Assembly (NCBI GenBank): GCA_023898385.1
Contig: CP060220.1
Span: 10,370 to 74,369 of the forward strand
Length of the DNA: 64,000 nt
Direction of reading: 5' to 3'
Source of the DNA: Pseudobdellovibrionaceae bacterium
Lineage (GTDB): Bacteria > Bdellovibrionota > Bdellovibrionia > Bdellovibrionales > UBA1609
The notes below the pieces were generated by a model. It was not told where the DNA came from. It saw only the letters and a program-made list of their open reading frames with translations, and ran no database searches. This document shows, one piece after another, positions 47,486 through 59,400 of the stretch (positions are counted from its first letter, which is position 1; each line of letters opens with the position of its first letter). The position numbers were made by a program, and so were the translations under genes.

Positions 47486-48202
47486 ATGCTACGAATAGTT
47501 CTAGAAAAAACACTTCGTCTAATTTTGATCACACTCGGCGTAGCGCTGATGTATCCAGGCAACGCCATGGGAAAGACCCCAGCAGAGGCTAAATCAAAAA
47601 ATGATTTGGGTTTTCGGTTTCAATGGGATGAACCCAGCAAAACTGGCGTGTGCAAAAATGACCGCGGGGAAGAGGGTTATAATCCACACTTCGTAGGGCC
47701 ATGTGGCGATATGCGGGGTATGAAGTTGGGTCGAGTGAAATTAAATGGCGCCGATCTTTCAGGCGCTATCCTTGATGGTCTTGATTTAAGAAATGCCCAA
47801 CTCAATGGGGCCATTCTGGTTGGTGTAAAAGCTAGAGGTACTGATTTTTCAAAAGCCTATCTCAACGGCGCAAAACTTTATTCTGCTGATGTGAGCGGTG
47901 CAGTCCTTGATCGCACAGAACTCAATGGCGCTTATCTAGATAACGCCGATCTCAGCGGTGCCGTAGTTATTCATGCGCAAATGCATGGGGCGCAAATGAG
48001 TCATGCAAATCTTGCGGGAACTAAAATTAATTCGCCCATGGACACCGCCAATGTGCGTGGCGCCATAGTGGCCATCGGTACGGAGCTTCCTTTTGGAATC
48101 AAAGAAGCCAGTGCTCGCGGAATGTACGGAATGAACATTCAAGGTCTAGCTGATTATAAAACGGTAGAAAAGAATCGTTTGCCCGCTTCAAACGGCAAAT
48201 GA
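47486..48202 (+). CDS. Exported pentapeptide-repeat protein
   Basis: GGAGG RBS; signal peptide; repeated A(D/N)LxG pentapeptides. Confidence 0.85.
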   Translation: MLRIVLEKTLRLILITLGVALMYPGNAMGKTPAEAKSKNDLGFRFQWDEPSKTGVCKNDRGEEGYNPHFVGPCGDMRGMKLGRVKLNGADLSGAILDGLDLRNAQLNGAILVGVKARGTDFSKAYLNGAKLYSADVSGAVLDRTELNGAYLDNADLSGAVVIHAQMHGAQMSHANLAGTKINSPMDTANVRGAIVAIGTELPFGIKEASARGMYGMNIQGLADYKTVEKNRLPASNGK

Positions 48203-48514
48203 AGATCCACAACCACAGGTTTTAGTGGCATTGGGGTTTGAAAACACAAACCCCTGACCGTTTAAGCCGCCTTCATAATCTAAAGTCATACCTAAAAGAT
48301 AAAGTAGGCTTTCGCTGTCTACGACAACTTTTTCGCCGCTTGACTCAAAGGTTTTGTCTTTATCGCCTGTTTGCGTGTCGAATTCCATTTTATACGAAAA
48401 ACCAGAGCAGCCCCCGCGCTTCACCTTCACTCGCAAGAAGGCTTCAGGTTGAGCTCCTTCTTCGGCTTTTAACGAAGTAATTTTTTTTGCAGCAGTTTCA
48501 CTGATTTGAATCAT
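48188..48514 (-). CDS. iscA: HesB/IscA/ErpA A-type Fe-S carrier
   Basis: GGCSGFSY, CGCGSSF. Confidence 0.9.
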   Translation of the reverse strand: MIQISETAAKKITSLKAEEGAQPEAFLRVKVKRGGCSGFSYKMEFDTQTGDKDKTFESSGEKVVVDSESLLYLLGMTLDYEGGLNGQGFVFSNPNATKTCGCGSSFAV

Positions 48515-48639
48515 AGGGTCTCCATTTAAAAACACCTGTGGTTTCGCACAAACGTCGAAAATAGTATAGCACAACCGTCAATTTCTGGCGAGATGGCCCG
48601 AGAGAGTGTCTAACTATGCGAAATCTTTTAAGAGTTTCG

Positions 48640-49824
48640 CTACTGTGGGTGAGGCATTTGCACAATGGCTGCGGCCAGGGCGTCCACATCTTGCACTGAG
48701 GTTTCGCGTCCCAGCCCGATGCGAATGGTGGATCGGGCCAGATCTTCAGGCAGCCCAATGGCTTGAAGCACATGGCTCGGTTCGGTGCAGGCCGAATTAC
48801 AGGCTGAGCTAGAGCTGATTGCAAAGTTTCTGAGGTGCTGAGAAATAATCTCAGGTGAAACGCCTTGAAAGGCAAAACTCGCGTTATTGCAAAGTCGCAG
48901 TGTGGGGTGCCCATTTAAACGAGCCTTCGGCACTTCAGAAAGAATTTTTTGAATCAGCCGATCTCGAAGCTGAGTGATGCGGCTGGATTCTTGATGTTGT
49001 TCGTGTTGATAAATTTCACAGGCTTGGCCGAGGCCTACAATGGCGGGCACATTCAATGTGCCTGGGCGCAATCCGAATTCTTGAGTGCCGCCAAAAATAA
49101 TGGGTTTCAGTGGCGCGTCTGATTTTTTGTAGAGAGCGCCAATGCCCTTGGGGCCGTAGATTTTGTGTCCAGAGATGGACATAAAATCCACGTCTAGATC
49201 AGAAACGCGAAGTGGCATTTTGCCAACAGCTTGTGCGGCATCCAGGTGGTACAAGACATTACAATTTTTAACTACCTTCCCGATTTCATCCACGGGATTG
49301 ATAGATCCTATTTCATTGTTGGCCATAATAATGCTAACCAATCGCGTGTGGGGTCTGAGGGCCGCACTCACCTGGTCGGGTTGCACTTGACCGTAGCGGT
49401 TCACCGGCAGGTAGGTGATTTCAATTCCGCGCCCACTCAAGGCTTGGCACGTGTTTATAGTGGCTTTGTGTTCCGCATTTGTGGTGATGATATGGATGGG
49501 ATCATCGCTATCCATAAATTCTTCCACAACCCCTTGCAGAACCATGTTGATGCTTTCAGTAGCGCCACTTGTGAAAAACACTTCCTCTGGGGAGGCATCG
49601 ATCAGTCGGGCCACATGGCTGCGAGCTCTTTCGACGGCGGATCGCGCCTGCCATCCAAAGCGATGGTTATCGCTTGAGGCATTTCCAAATTCTTTACAAA
49701 AGTAGGGGAGCATGGCCTCTAAAACGCGAGTATCCATGGGAGTTGTGGCGTTGTAGTCAAAATAACTATGAAGGTGGGGAGATGTGTGGGTCGAATCAAA
49801 TGTCGGTTCGGTCACGTTGGCCAC
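48640..49824 (-). CDS. iscS: Cysteine desulfurase (IscS/NifS family)
   Basis: YFDYNATTP, FTSGATES, HLDAAQA, SGHKIYGPKG, SSSSAC; GTG start assumed. Confidence 0.88.
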   Translation of the reverse strand: MANVTEPTFDSTHTSPHLHSYFDYNATTPMDTRVLEAMLPYFCKEFGNASSDNHRFGWQARSAVERARSHVARLIDASPEEVFFTSGATESINMVLQGVVEEFMDSDDPIHIITTNAEHKATINTCQALSGRGIEITYLPVNRYGQVQPDQVSAALRPHTRLVSIIMANNEIGSINPVDEIGKVVKNCNVLYHLDAAQAVGKMPLRVSDLDVDFMSISGHKIYGPKGIGALYKKSDAPLKPIIFGGTQEFGLRPGTLNVPAIVGLGQACEIYQHEQHQESSRITQLRDRLIQKILSEVPKARLNGHPTLRLCNNASFAFQGVSPEIISQHLRNFAISSSSACNSACTEPSHVLQAIGLPEDLARSTIRIGLGRETSVQDVDALAAAIVQMPHPQ

Positions 49825-50123
49825 AAAAATCCCCCTGGTAAATTGCTGCTTTGCGACGGTTAATGAGGGGGAGTTTAGTAAAAAATTGATAATTTGCAAC
49901 GAGGGACCCTACAAAATTTACGGCAAATCCATGCTGCAGCGACTCATTGAGGGGCTTCGTGACGAACCCTTCGGTCCGCAATCCCGTGGCCGCAAAAGGT
50001 GTGGGGGTGATCACGAGTTCATGAGAGTTTTCACTCGGTGATAGAGGTAAAAAAATTCACAGTGGCCCAACTCCTATGGGGTCTGTATATTGATTTTGGA
50101 TTTTACCAGATGAAGGAGAGCCC

Positions 50124-51332
50124 ATGTCCGATGTGCAGTTGCCCCAATTTGATCTTTACAACCCTTCCGAAGAACACCAAATGCTTCGCGATGCCGTTCG
50201 TGAGTTTGTTGTGCAAGAAGTGGAGCCACAGGCCCTTGAGTATGACAGTAAAGAGAAATTCAATTTGCCGCTTTTTCGAAAGTTAGGCGAGATGGGGCTT
50301 TTGGGTATCACCGTACCCGAAGAGTACGGTGGGGCGGAGATGGATGCCGTGGCCGCCGTCATCGTACATGAAGAATTGTCAGCATCTGATCCTGGTTTTT
50401 GTTTAGCTTATCTGGCCCATTCCATGCTCACGGCTAACAACTTTGCTGTGAATGCCAGTGATGAACAAAAAGCTCGCGTGTTACCAAAGCTGTGTTCGGG
50501 TGAATGGGTGGGATGTATGGCCATGTCTGAGCCACAGGTGGGTACGGATGTACTGGGTCTTACCACGGTGGCTGAAAAAAAAGGTGAAGGGTATGTGATT
50601 AACGGCCGAAAAATGTGGATCACTAACGGCACCATCGATGAAGAGAACACGGCCGCTGATTGTGTTTTGTTGTATGCAAAAACAGGAGAGACCAAGGGGC
50701 GGGCTTTAATTTCTACGTTTTTGGTTGAAAAAGATCATCCGGGCTATTCGGTGGGGCAAAAAATTAAAGACAAAGCCGGTATGCGCGCTTCAAACACGGC
50801 GGAGTTGGTGTTCACAAATTGCCAGGTGCCGATGTCGGCGTTGATTGGTGCTGAAGGTGATTCGATGGAACACATGATGCGAAATTTAGAACTCGAACGC
50901 CTCACTTTGGCTGCTATGAGCTTGGGAATTGCGAAGCGTTCCCTGCAAGTGATGGTTCGTTATGCCAATGAGCGCGAAGCTTTTGGTCAACCCTTGTCGA
51001 AGTTTGGGCAGATTCAAAGACACATTGGTGAGAGCTATGCTGAATATATGGCGAGTCGCGCTTATGTTTACGATACGGCTCGGCGATTGGATCTTGCCCA
51101 GTCCGGGAATCGAATTGATTCTGATGGTGTTAAATTAGTCGCTTCCACTATGGGAAAAAATGTCGCCGATCGAGCCATGCAGGTTTTGGGTGGTTATGGT
51201 TATGTGGGAGAGTACACGGTTGAGCGCTTGTGGCGAGATGCAAAGCTTCTTGAAATCGGTGGTGGCACCATTGAAGCTCATCAAAAAAATATCACCCGTG
51301 ATTTAGCTAAAGTTTGGCGGGAGCATCTGTAA
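50124..51332 (+). CDS. Acyl-CoA dehydrogenase (isovaleryl-CoA dehydrogenase-like)
   Basis: MAMSEP..GTD, KMWITNG, GMRASNTAELVF, EIGGGT. Confidence 0.9.
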   Translation: MSDVQLPQFDLYNPSEEHQMLRDAVREFVVQEVEPQALEYDSKEKFNLPLFRKLGEMGLLGITVPEEYGGAEMDAVAAVIVHEELSASDPGFCLAYLAHSMLTANNFAVNASDEQKARVLPKLCSGEWVGCMAMSEPQVGTDVLGLTTVAEKKGEGYVINGRKMWITNGTIDEENTAADCVLLYAKTGETKGRALISTFLVEKDHPGYSVGQKIKDKAGMRASNTAELVFTNCQVPMSALIGAEGDSMEHMMRNLELERLTLAAMSLGIAKRSLQVMVRYANEREAFGQPLSKFGQIQRHIGESYAEYMASRAYVYDTARRLDLAQSGNRIDSDGVKLVASTMGKNVADRAMQVLGGYGYVGEYTVERLWRDAKLLEIGGGTIEAHQKNITRDLAKVWREHL

Positions 51333-51883
51333 TGGGATCAACATCATTGTTTTTAGTGGTTCTTATTCCTCTACTTGTGTTTGCCGTTGTCGACACTTTT
51401 GCATCACTGAAGGTGGCACTGATTGCAGCAGCAGTGGCCGCTTTAGGAGAAGTGGCTTTTTCCTATTTTTATCTTGGCGAGATAGATTCGTTCTCCATGG
51501 CCTCGGTGTTTTTAGTGTTTTTAATGGGGGGCGTGGCGTACTTAAAAGAATCTCGACAGATTTTTTATTTGAAGCCGGCCATTTTAAGTTTTGCCCTCGG
51601 CGCCTTTTTAGTTGGTGCGCATATGATGGGGCATTCCGTGTTGCTAGAAGGTGTAACGAAATACGCACAGTTATTTCCGCCAGAGCAGCAAGAAGTTTTA
51701 GCTCAACCCATGCTTGTGAAAATTTTAACAAATGCCAGTTTTACGGTGGGGATATCATTGATTCTTCATGGGCTGTTCACTGCCTGGGCAGCCTATCGCC
51801 TATCCCGCTGGGGTTGGTTAGCCGTAGCCGCCGTGGGTGTCTACTTTTTCATGTTTGCCGGCTTAGTGGCGGCAGCCTTGTAG
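51332..51883 (+). CDS. Multi-TM membrane protein, IspZ/YciB-like
   Basis: Five to six TM helices, FYLKPAI motif; coupled start. Confidence 0.55.
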   Translation: MGSTSLFLVVLIPLLVFAVVDTFASLKVALIAAAVAALGEVAFSYFYLGEIDSFSMASVFLVFLMGGVAYLKESRQIFYLKPAILSFALGAFLVGAHMMGHSVLLEGVTKYAQLFPPEQQEVLAQPMLVKILTNASFTVGISLILHGLFTAWAAYRLSRWGWLAVAAVGVYFFMFAGLVAAAL

Positions 51884-52190
51884 GGTGCCTGGTTTGTTTT
51901 TGGTCACTGTTATGGATTTGTGGGTCCGGTCCTGGCAAAGCTTTAGTGCCAAATTTAAAGAACCACGTAGTCTGGGGGTATAGGATTGCGGTGCCCCGCT
52001 TCGAAGGAGGCCGGACCTGGAGCAGCCTCACTTTTTCATAATTTTGGTTCATTTTGATGCACATTTTTGTGCAATCGTCTCAACCTGGGACAGGGGTGGT
52101 TTTCTTTTTAGAGTATGTTCAGTTGTGTGATATCCTCAAAGTAATGAATTGTATTTTCTATTGCCGGAGGATGGCTCTTTGCAAGATGTA

Positions 52191-53168
52191 ATGACAAAAA
52201 ACGACAATGGCGCTGGTCTAGTGAGCGTGTTGGTGTTTTTAGGCGTATCAATGACAGTAATGTTGAGTTTGTTGACTTTGATCAATAATTTAACAAGGGC
52301 TCAGTCACGAGTTCAAACAAAAATGGATTCTTTGTTGCTTAGGGATGAACTCGCTGCACTGTTTTGGGATTCAGCTGTGTGTACGGAGGTATTCCAGGGT
52401 CAAGAGCTTGACGTGACTGCGGAGTCAGTGGCAGAGAAATTAAGGCAAAGGGCTTCAGACATTAAAAATCGAAATCTCGGCCACACTACCCTGGGTAAAT
52501 ATCAGCTAGGTGTGGCAAAGTTGAATGATTTGCCAATTCAAGTTGTTGGACCGGCGGGCACCGACTATTTGGCCCGCGCATATGTAGAAATTGATTCGCC
52601 TTATAACTTTAATCCGCCAGCTGTATTGTTAAAGGTCACCGTGTCCAGCGGTAAAATCACAAGCTGTTCATCTAATACCAGGGACTTAACCGTTGTTGCT
52701 GACAACCAAAGTGGTGATGGTTGGGATTCAGGGACAGATCAAAGTTCTTTGGATTCCCGTGCCGCATGCCACTACGAAACGTCAAACTTCATTATTGACG
52801 CTAAAGTTGAAAAACATCAGCCGCCAGGAGGAGGGTACGGTTCTTCCTTTTATGTAGGTAAACTGTACGGGAAGTGGAAAACCCCTGATCCTGGCTTGCC
52901 GACGGGTTTTAGTGTGGAGTGCAGTTCGGGTAATGCATCGTCGCCGTGGGAAACCGAGTCGAGTGGGGTGATCACCTGGGATTGTTGGATCAGCGAAAGT
53001 GGCACAAGTGAACCCACCAGTACAAAATATCAAGTTTGCTCATGGGTTGATAAAACTGGTAGCGATGAAGTTTTGCGAGCACAGATTGTCAATTCTATAG
53101 GTGGGTCCTGTCGAGATAATATTTCTAGCAAAGTTATAACTTGTTCGGAGCCGCTGGCGGTGCCTTGA
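52191..53168 (+). CDS. Pilin/pseudopilin-like protein
   Basis: Short leader, G|AGLVSVLVFLGV hydrophobic helix, Cys-containing C-terminal domain. Confidence 0.55.
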   Translation: MTKNDNGAGLVSVLVFLGVSMTVMLSLLTLINNLTRAQSRVQTKMDSLLLRDELAALFWDSAVCTEVFQGQELDVTAESVAEKLRQRASDIKNRNLGHTTLGKYQLGVAKLNDLPIQVVGPAGTDYLARAYVEIDSPYNFNPPAVLLKVTVSSGKITSCSSNTRDLTVVADNQSGDGWDSGTDQSSLDSRAACHYETSNFIIDAKVEKHQPPGGGYGSSFYVGKLYGKWKTPDPGLPTGFSVECSSGNASSPWETESSGVITWDCWISESGTSEPTSTKYQVCSWVDKTGSDEVLRAQIVNSIGGSCRDNISSKVITCSEPLAVP

Positions 53169-53377
53169 AAAGAGCAAGGCTTTTGAGCAGGTTTTGTCCA
53201 TTTTGGCCTATAGCGTCTTCAAGTAGACTATGGCGCCAGGTGAGTGTTTCCGTCTTGGGTCAAGGTGGCTTTATTGATCCCAGGGGGAGCCCTAGTCGCA
53301 ATTGATTCACGTATTAATTCACGTCATCCCACAATAACTCCTGTATCAATTCGAGACTAAAAAAACCAAAAAATCCC

Positions 53378-53405
53378 TCAAGGTTTGTCGACTTTCGTCC
53401 GATCT
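53378..53405 (+). promoter_or_regulatory. FliA/sigma28-like promoter for the giant surface protein
   Basis: TCAA-N16-TCCGATCT upstream of TTG 53459. Confidence 0.45.
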
Positions 53406-53458
53406 ATATTCGAAGACCTATTTGATAGATGTTGAACGTTAAAAAGGGTTAGAAGAGA

Positions 53459-56400
53459 TTGGAAAAGCTTTTTTATAAAATCATCGATATCGTATTTGGG
53501 CGTGCAAAGATATTTTTGCAAGTCGGGGCCATCGTTCAACTTATTTTTGCAGTTGGTTGCAGCATTGGCGATACGACGTTGACGGGTAACTTTATGGGGG
53601 CGCTTAAATCCACGGCCGCCCTCAGCCTTGAAAACAATCTCCACTTTCAAATTCCAGAAGATGCTCAGACTCAGTTTGTAATGAAGCTTTCTGACCCCGT
53701 CGACAAAGACACACGAGTGGATTGGGTGATTTTTCCTGATGGTGGCGGCGATGCCAGCAGTGATTTTACGGCGATCTCGGGCACTTCAACCATTCCGAAG
53801 GGTGAGATTTCATACTCAGTGGCTCTTCCGATCAATGACGACAATTTGTATGAAGGCAACGAAATATTTCGTTGGGTTTTTATCAGCTACAGTGAGCATC
53901 TCACCGTTGATATAGAACAATATAATTTTACTATTATCGATAACGAGCCCGTTCCAACCCTATCTCTTTCTAGTGGTTCCAGTCAGTTTAACGAAGCTGA
54001 TGGGAGTGTTACGGTTGGTGTTATTGTAAACCCTCCAAGTGCTTTTCCCGTTGATATTTCGTACACGGTTGGCGGGTCAGCTCTTGGCGCCGGTGATGAT
54101 TATGACAACTTTGTGGCTGGCAATTTGAATATTGCCGCGGGTAATGCCACGGCCAACTTTAACATCGATCTTGTTGATGATGCCACAGATGAAACTGATG
54201 AAACTATCGTCATTAACTTGACTGGAGCCTTGGTGGACGGCTCCATAGTCGCGACATTGGCGGCTCCCAACGCTCACGCATTGACCATAGTAGATAACGA
54301 AAATGCCATTCTTAGCATAACGGACTCCAATCCCTATGATTTTGGCAACGTGAGCGTGAATGGAAGCTCCACATACAGTTTTACTTTGAGCAACGCGGGA
54401 GCTGGTGCAGCAACTGCACTTGCCGATTCTCTGGGTCTTTCAGCGCCATTTGAATTTTTAGATGGAACCTATCCTGGTAATGGGGGTAACTGCGGAGGAG
54501 CACTTGCCGCAGGTGGATCGTGCGTTTTAGTGGTGGAGTTTGCCCCCACAGCCACAGGTAGTTTTTCTGATGACATTGAACTTTCTTACTTTGACGGTAT
54601 GGATTCGCAGTCCATCGTTCACGGCGTTCAGGGAAATGGCGCATCCGGCGCGGTTCTTACAATCAGCGATGCCGCCACTTATGACTACGGCTTGACTGAA
54701 AATAGCACAACAAAAGATCACAGTTTTACTATCACAAATACTGGGGGCAGCCCGGCTTCAAGTATTGCTTATTCAGGTTTGGCAGCTCCTTATGATTATA
54801 AAGACAGCGTGTTTCCGGGCACGGGTGGTGATTGTGGTGCTACGCTTGCGGGCGGAGCTACTTGTACTCTCGTCATTTCATTTTCGCCATCGGCCAGTGG
54901 CGCATACCCAGAGCAGCTAGTGGTGGATTATGACTCTGGTACGGGAATGTCTCAAGTGACTCGCGACATTGCGGGTGTGGGTGCAAGTCCTTTTACGTGG
55001 ACGGGTCTAGGGGTTGACAGCAATTGGGCCACAGCCGGTAACTGGCTCGGGGGCAGTGCTCCAGGTGTTTCTGATGTGGCGGTGTTTGATCAATATTGCA
55101 CAAACTGCAATGCAACGGTCAATGCTTCCATAAGTATTGCCGGAGCCGAAATGAAAACAGGCTATACCGGCACCATCACACAGGCCTCTGGTGCATCGAT
55201 AACAATTGGCGCATCGGGCTGGACCCAGCAGGTGGGAACATTTGTTGGTGGTGATAGCGATTTTGTGCTTAGTGATGCACCAGGTGGTAACTTTTCTCTA
55301 TCTGGAGGGTCATTCACTGGCCCCAACGCCTTATTTAAACCACTCAATGGGTTTAGTATTAGTGGAGGTTCCTTCACAGCAAGTCCGACCACTCACCTCG
55401 GTGGGCTCGGTGGCGGCATAATAAATATTGGGGCGAGCGAGCTTAACGATGTTGAATTTTTAGAGGCGATAATATTGACTGGCACGCTAAAGGTTAATGG
55501 TGACTTACTGATAAACGCCAGTGGCACAGCTGTCATTAATGGCGGGACCATTGAAGTGGCTGGAAATGTCAATGTGACAAACCAAAATGGTGGAACTTCA
55601 TTATTGAAGTTTGTTGGGACATCGAACTCCACCTTAACAGTTGCAAACGGCGAAAAGATCAACAAACTAGAACTTGCTATGGGGGCGGCTCAGACCTTAA
55701 CTGTTGCTGGTGACTTTAGCGCCTGTGGTGGATTTACCTATACGTCAGGGATACTAAATGCCACGGGGTCGACCATTGATTTTACATGCGTAGGCGGCGT
55801 CAGTATGAACGCGGGATCGGCTCACTTCGACAGCGTTAAGTTTTCTGAAAACACAACCATAACAGGCTTCCTCAATATTGATGGAGATTTGACATTAAAC
55901 GGCAGCTACGCATTAAATGCTGGAGAAGTCTTGGTCGCTGGAAATGTCACCTCCAGCTCTTGGTCGCAAGGTACGAGCGCAATGACTTTCAATGGTGCAG
56001 GCCTACAAACAATTACCTCCAGTGCCGTCTCAGAGCTACCCACTAGTGCATTCAAGATAGACAAAGCTTCGGGCACTGTCGTGCTTGCAAACGCCATTAG
56101 CCTCAACGGTGCAGGCCAAGACCTCAATATCCTAGATGGCGACCTCGACCTCAACGGCTTTGATCTCACCGTCAACGATCAACTGAATGTTGGTGATGGT
56201 TCCGGCGCCGCAAGTAGCGCTCGAATACTAAAAGCCTGTAGTACCATCACTGCTGGCACACAAACCGTAAATCCCACAGATGGAGAAATTGTGGGCTCAA
56301 GTTCAAATCCAAACATCACCATTTCAGATGCGACAGTGGCCGAAGGCGGTAACCTCGTATTTAACGTGGCATTAAGCGAAGGTGTTTGCGCTACCGACTT

Positions 56401-59400
56401 CACTGTGAACTATTCTATAAGTAATGGGACGACGACCGCGGCCGACTATGCGACACCTGCCAACGATTCGGATGCGACTCCTGCCGATGGCATATTAACG
56501 CTTTCATCTGGAGCAACAAGCGGCACCGTAACGATTGCGACAACAACAGATGCCAATATGGAGATGGATGAGTACCTCATTGTCGTGCTTTCTGTCAATT
56601 CCCATGGAACCTTCGTGGATGACACTGGCCGCGGTGTTATCGAAAACGACGATGACAATGGGTACATTTGGACCGGTGATGCGGGTGATGGCGATTTCCA
56701 TAATGGGGCTAACTGGAGTAACGGAGTCACCGCGCCTGGAAATACCAATGTGGTATTATTTGATGATGTCTGTGCCGATGTGCCAAGCAATTGTGATGTG
56801 CTAGTTTCAAATGGCAATGTGGATGTCCAGGGTTTTTGGATCAACGAATCTTACGCGGGCACGATCACCCAAGGAGCAGGTCGCACGATAAAAGTGGGAA
56901 ATTCTTATTTTGAACAAAGAGGCGGCACTTTCGTGGGGGGTGATTCCACTATTGATGTGGATCGGTTTTACATGAAAGCCGGTACATTTATCAGTACCAC
57001 TGGTGAGCTTCGAGTGGGGCAAGTGAGCGTCGCTGGCGGCGGGCAGTTAAGTGTCACCGGTGGCGCCTTTGACAACAACTCTGGAACCGTTCGAATGGAT
57101 GGTCAAATTTGGGATGTGAACCCAGTTCGGGTTGGTGAATTGACTGCACCGTCTGGTTTAACACTCAACAATCTTATTATTGATGCTCATGATACGGAGA
57201 CTGGCAGCGGGGCGGATGATGCCTACGTCGTAATTGCGAATGGCACAACAATTCATGTTGATGGCGACCTCACAATTCGCGATGGATTCATTGGGGGCGT
57301 CAATATGGGCATTTACCCTGGCAACATCTATTTAAAGGGAAATTTTTATCAATTGGACGTTAGTTCCAGTATACGGTCTGAAGTTGTTCAACTGGGTTAT
57401 GATATAGTTCCACCCATTGTTTACTTTGATAGCGGTGGGTCGCAAGAATATTCAGGAACGTCAAATACTCGGGGTCCACGAATCACGGTGACAAATGGGT
57501 CAGTGGTAACACCTGCTGCAGGGACAACGGACGTTGGTTTCTCATCCTTTGCCCTTTTGAGTGGTTCATTTCAGGCTCCATCAGGAACGATGAAGTTGGG
57601 GTACAACACCAGTTCAGATGCAGATATGCTCAGTGGTTGGACCCATACGGGAGGTATTTTCGATCATAATTTTGGGACCATTAAATTTGATTCAAATGGA
57701 TACTTCAATAATCCCCGAAATGGCTGCACTGTGAACTCACCAAGTGGGACTACGTTTTACAATCTTCACATAGCGGTGAGGGATTATGCCTCCGACAGCG
57801 GCTACAATGGCGCTGAATTCGACTGGAGTGCAGCTTCCCCATTGACGGTCCTTAATGATCTTATCGTTACTGATGGCGTAGTAAAGGCCGGCGGCAGTTT
57901 CATAGTCGGTCGAGATGTGCGTTTAAACTATACAAATGCGCAAATCCACGCTGAAGGGTTTTCTGCGGGACTCACATTTAACGGTGCATCAGATGCAGCC
58001 ATCGAAGTTCAGTTGGGCGCTTCCGGTTTTAGTACATCATTAAATGTTGAAAAAGATAGTACGAGTACTACAACAATGCTGAGCGATATTAACCTGAGTA
58101 GCGCGGGTTTGGATCTCAATTTGGATTCAGGCACATTGGATATCAATGGTCACAACCTAACAGTCAACGACCAACTCAATGTGGGCGATGGTGTTGGCGC
58201 CGCAAGTAGTGCCCGCATTTTAAAAGATTGCAATACCATCACGGCTGGCACCCAAACAGTGAATCCCACTGACGGTGAAATTGTAGGTTCAGGAAGCAAT
58301 CCGAATATCACCATCTCGGATGCCACAGTGTTAGAAGGTGGCAACCTCGTATTTAACGTCACACTCTCTGAAGGTGTGTGCGGAAGTGCAACAAATATCA
58401 CCTTCACCACCGATAATGGCACGGCAGTGGCTGGCAGCGACTACACGGATAATGACAGCACACTCGTCATCGCTGCCGGCGATACCAGTGGCACCATTAC
58501 AGTGGTTACCGCCGACGATGGCACTGGCGTGGCTGGTACAATGGAGTTTGATGAGACTCTTTATATTAACCTCACGGGCACAGACCAAGGTGCAATTACT
58601 GACAGCCAAGGGATTGGTACGATTCTCAATGAGGACGACAACGGCTACATTTGGATGGGTCGTACTGATAGTGACTGGAATACGGGCGCCAACTGGTCAG
58701 GCAGCGCCGTGCCTCCCACCGACGGCAGTGTGGTGGTGGCCTTCACCGGTGCCTGTCAGGCTGAAGCAACTTGCAATGCGGTGACAGCTGGCAATGTGGA
58801 TGTGAAAGGCATGTGGCTTTATGGTTCTTACGTCGGCACTATCACGCAAAGTCCTGGAAATACTGTTGATGTGGGTACGGATCGGTGGATCCAAAACTCG
58901 GGAATATTTAGCGGTGGTAGCAGCCCCATCCAAATCGCCGAGTATGTCTTGAGTGGTGGTGTATTTACAAGCACCTCGGGCTCTTTGACGGTGGGTTATG
59001 ACCTGCCGCTTAATACCAGCAACGCAGACGGATTCACCGTTTCAGGTGGTACTTTCAATCATAATTCAGGAACGCTCGAATTCAAAAATCAGGCCCTCAT
59101 TAATGATGCCACTTGGCGTCCTCAGGTAGTTGTAGATGTTTCAGGCAGCCTGGAGCTAAACGATGTCGTGGTAGATATAAATAATTCGGTTGGCCAATTT
59201 TCTCACGCTTCTGTCGACATTGCGGTGGGGAATACTCTTGTAGTCAACGGTGATCTTACAATCCACAATGGATATTTGCGTGAAGGTCAAATTGACTTAA
59301 AAGGCGATTTGATACTGAACTGTGCAAGTGGTCCTGGTGTCAATTTGTGTGCTGAAGGGGGGACCACGGTCATTACAATGACCGGTGGCTCACCTCAAGA

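Noticed and set aside
49900-50120. ggcaaatcc...cgcaaaa in the iscS/acyl-CoA dehydrogenase gap as a second c-di-GMP riboswitch
   Set aside because: Lacks the P2 GNRA stem, GGGACGCAAAGC and P1 pairing.
52058-52073. TGCAC-N6-GTGCA palindrome as an NtrC-type site
   Set aside because: One base shorter than the 17-bp consensus and no sigma54 -24/-12 box downstream.
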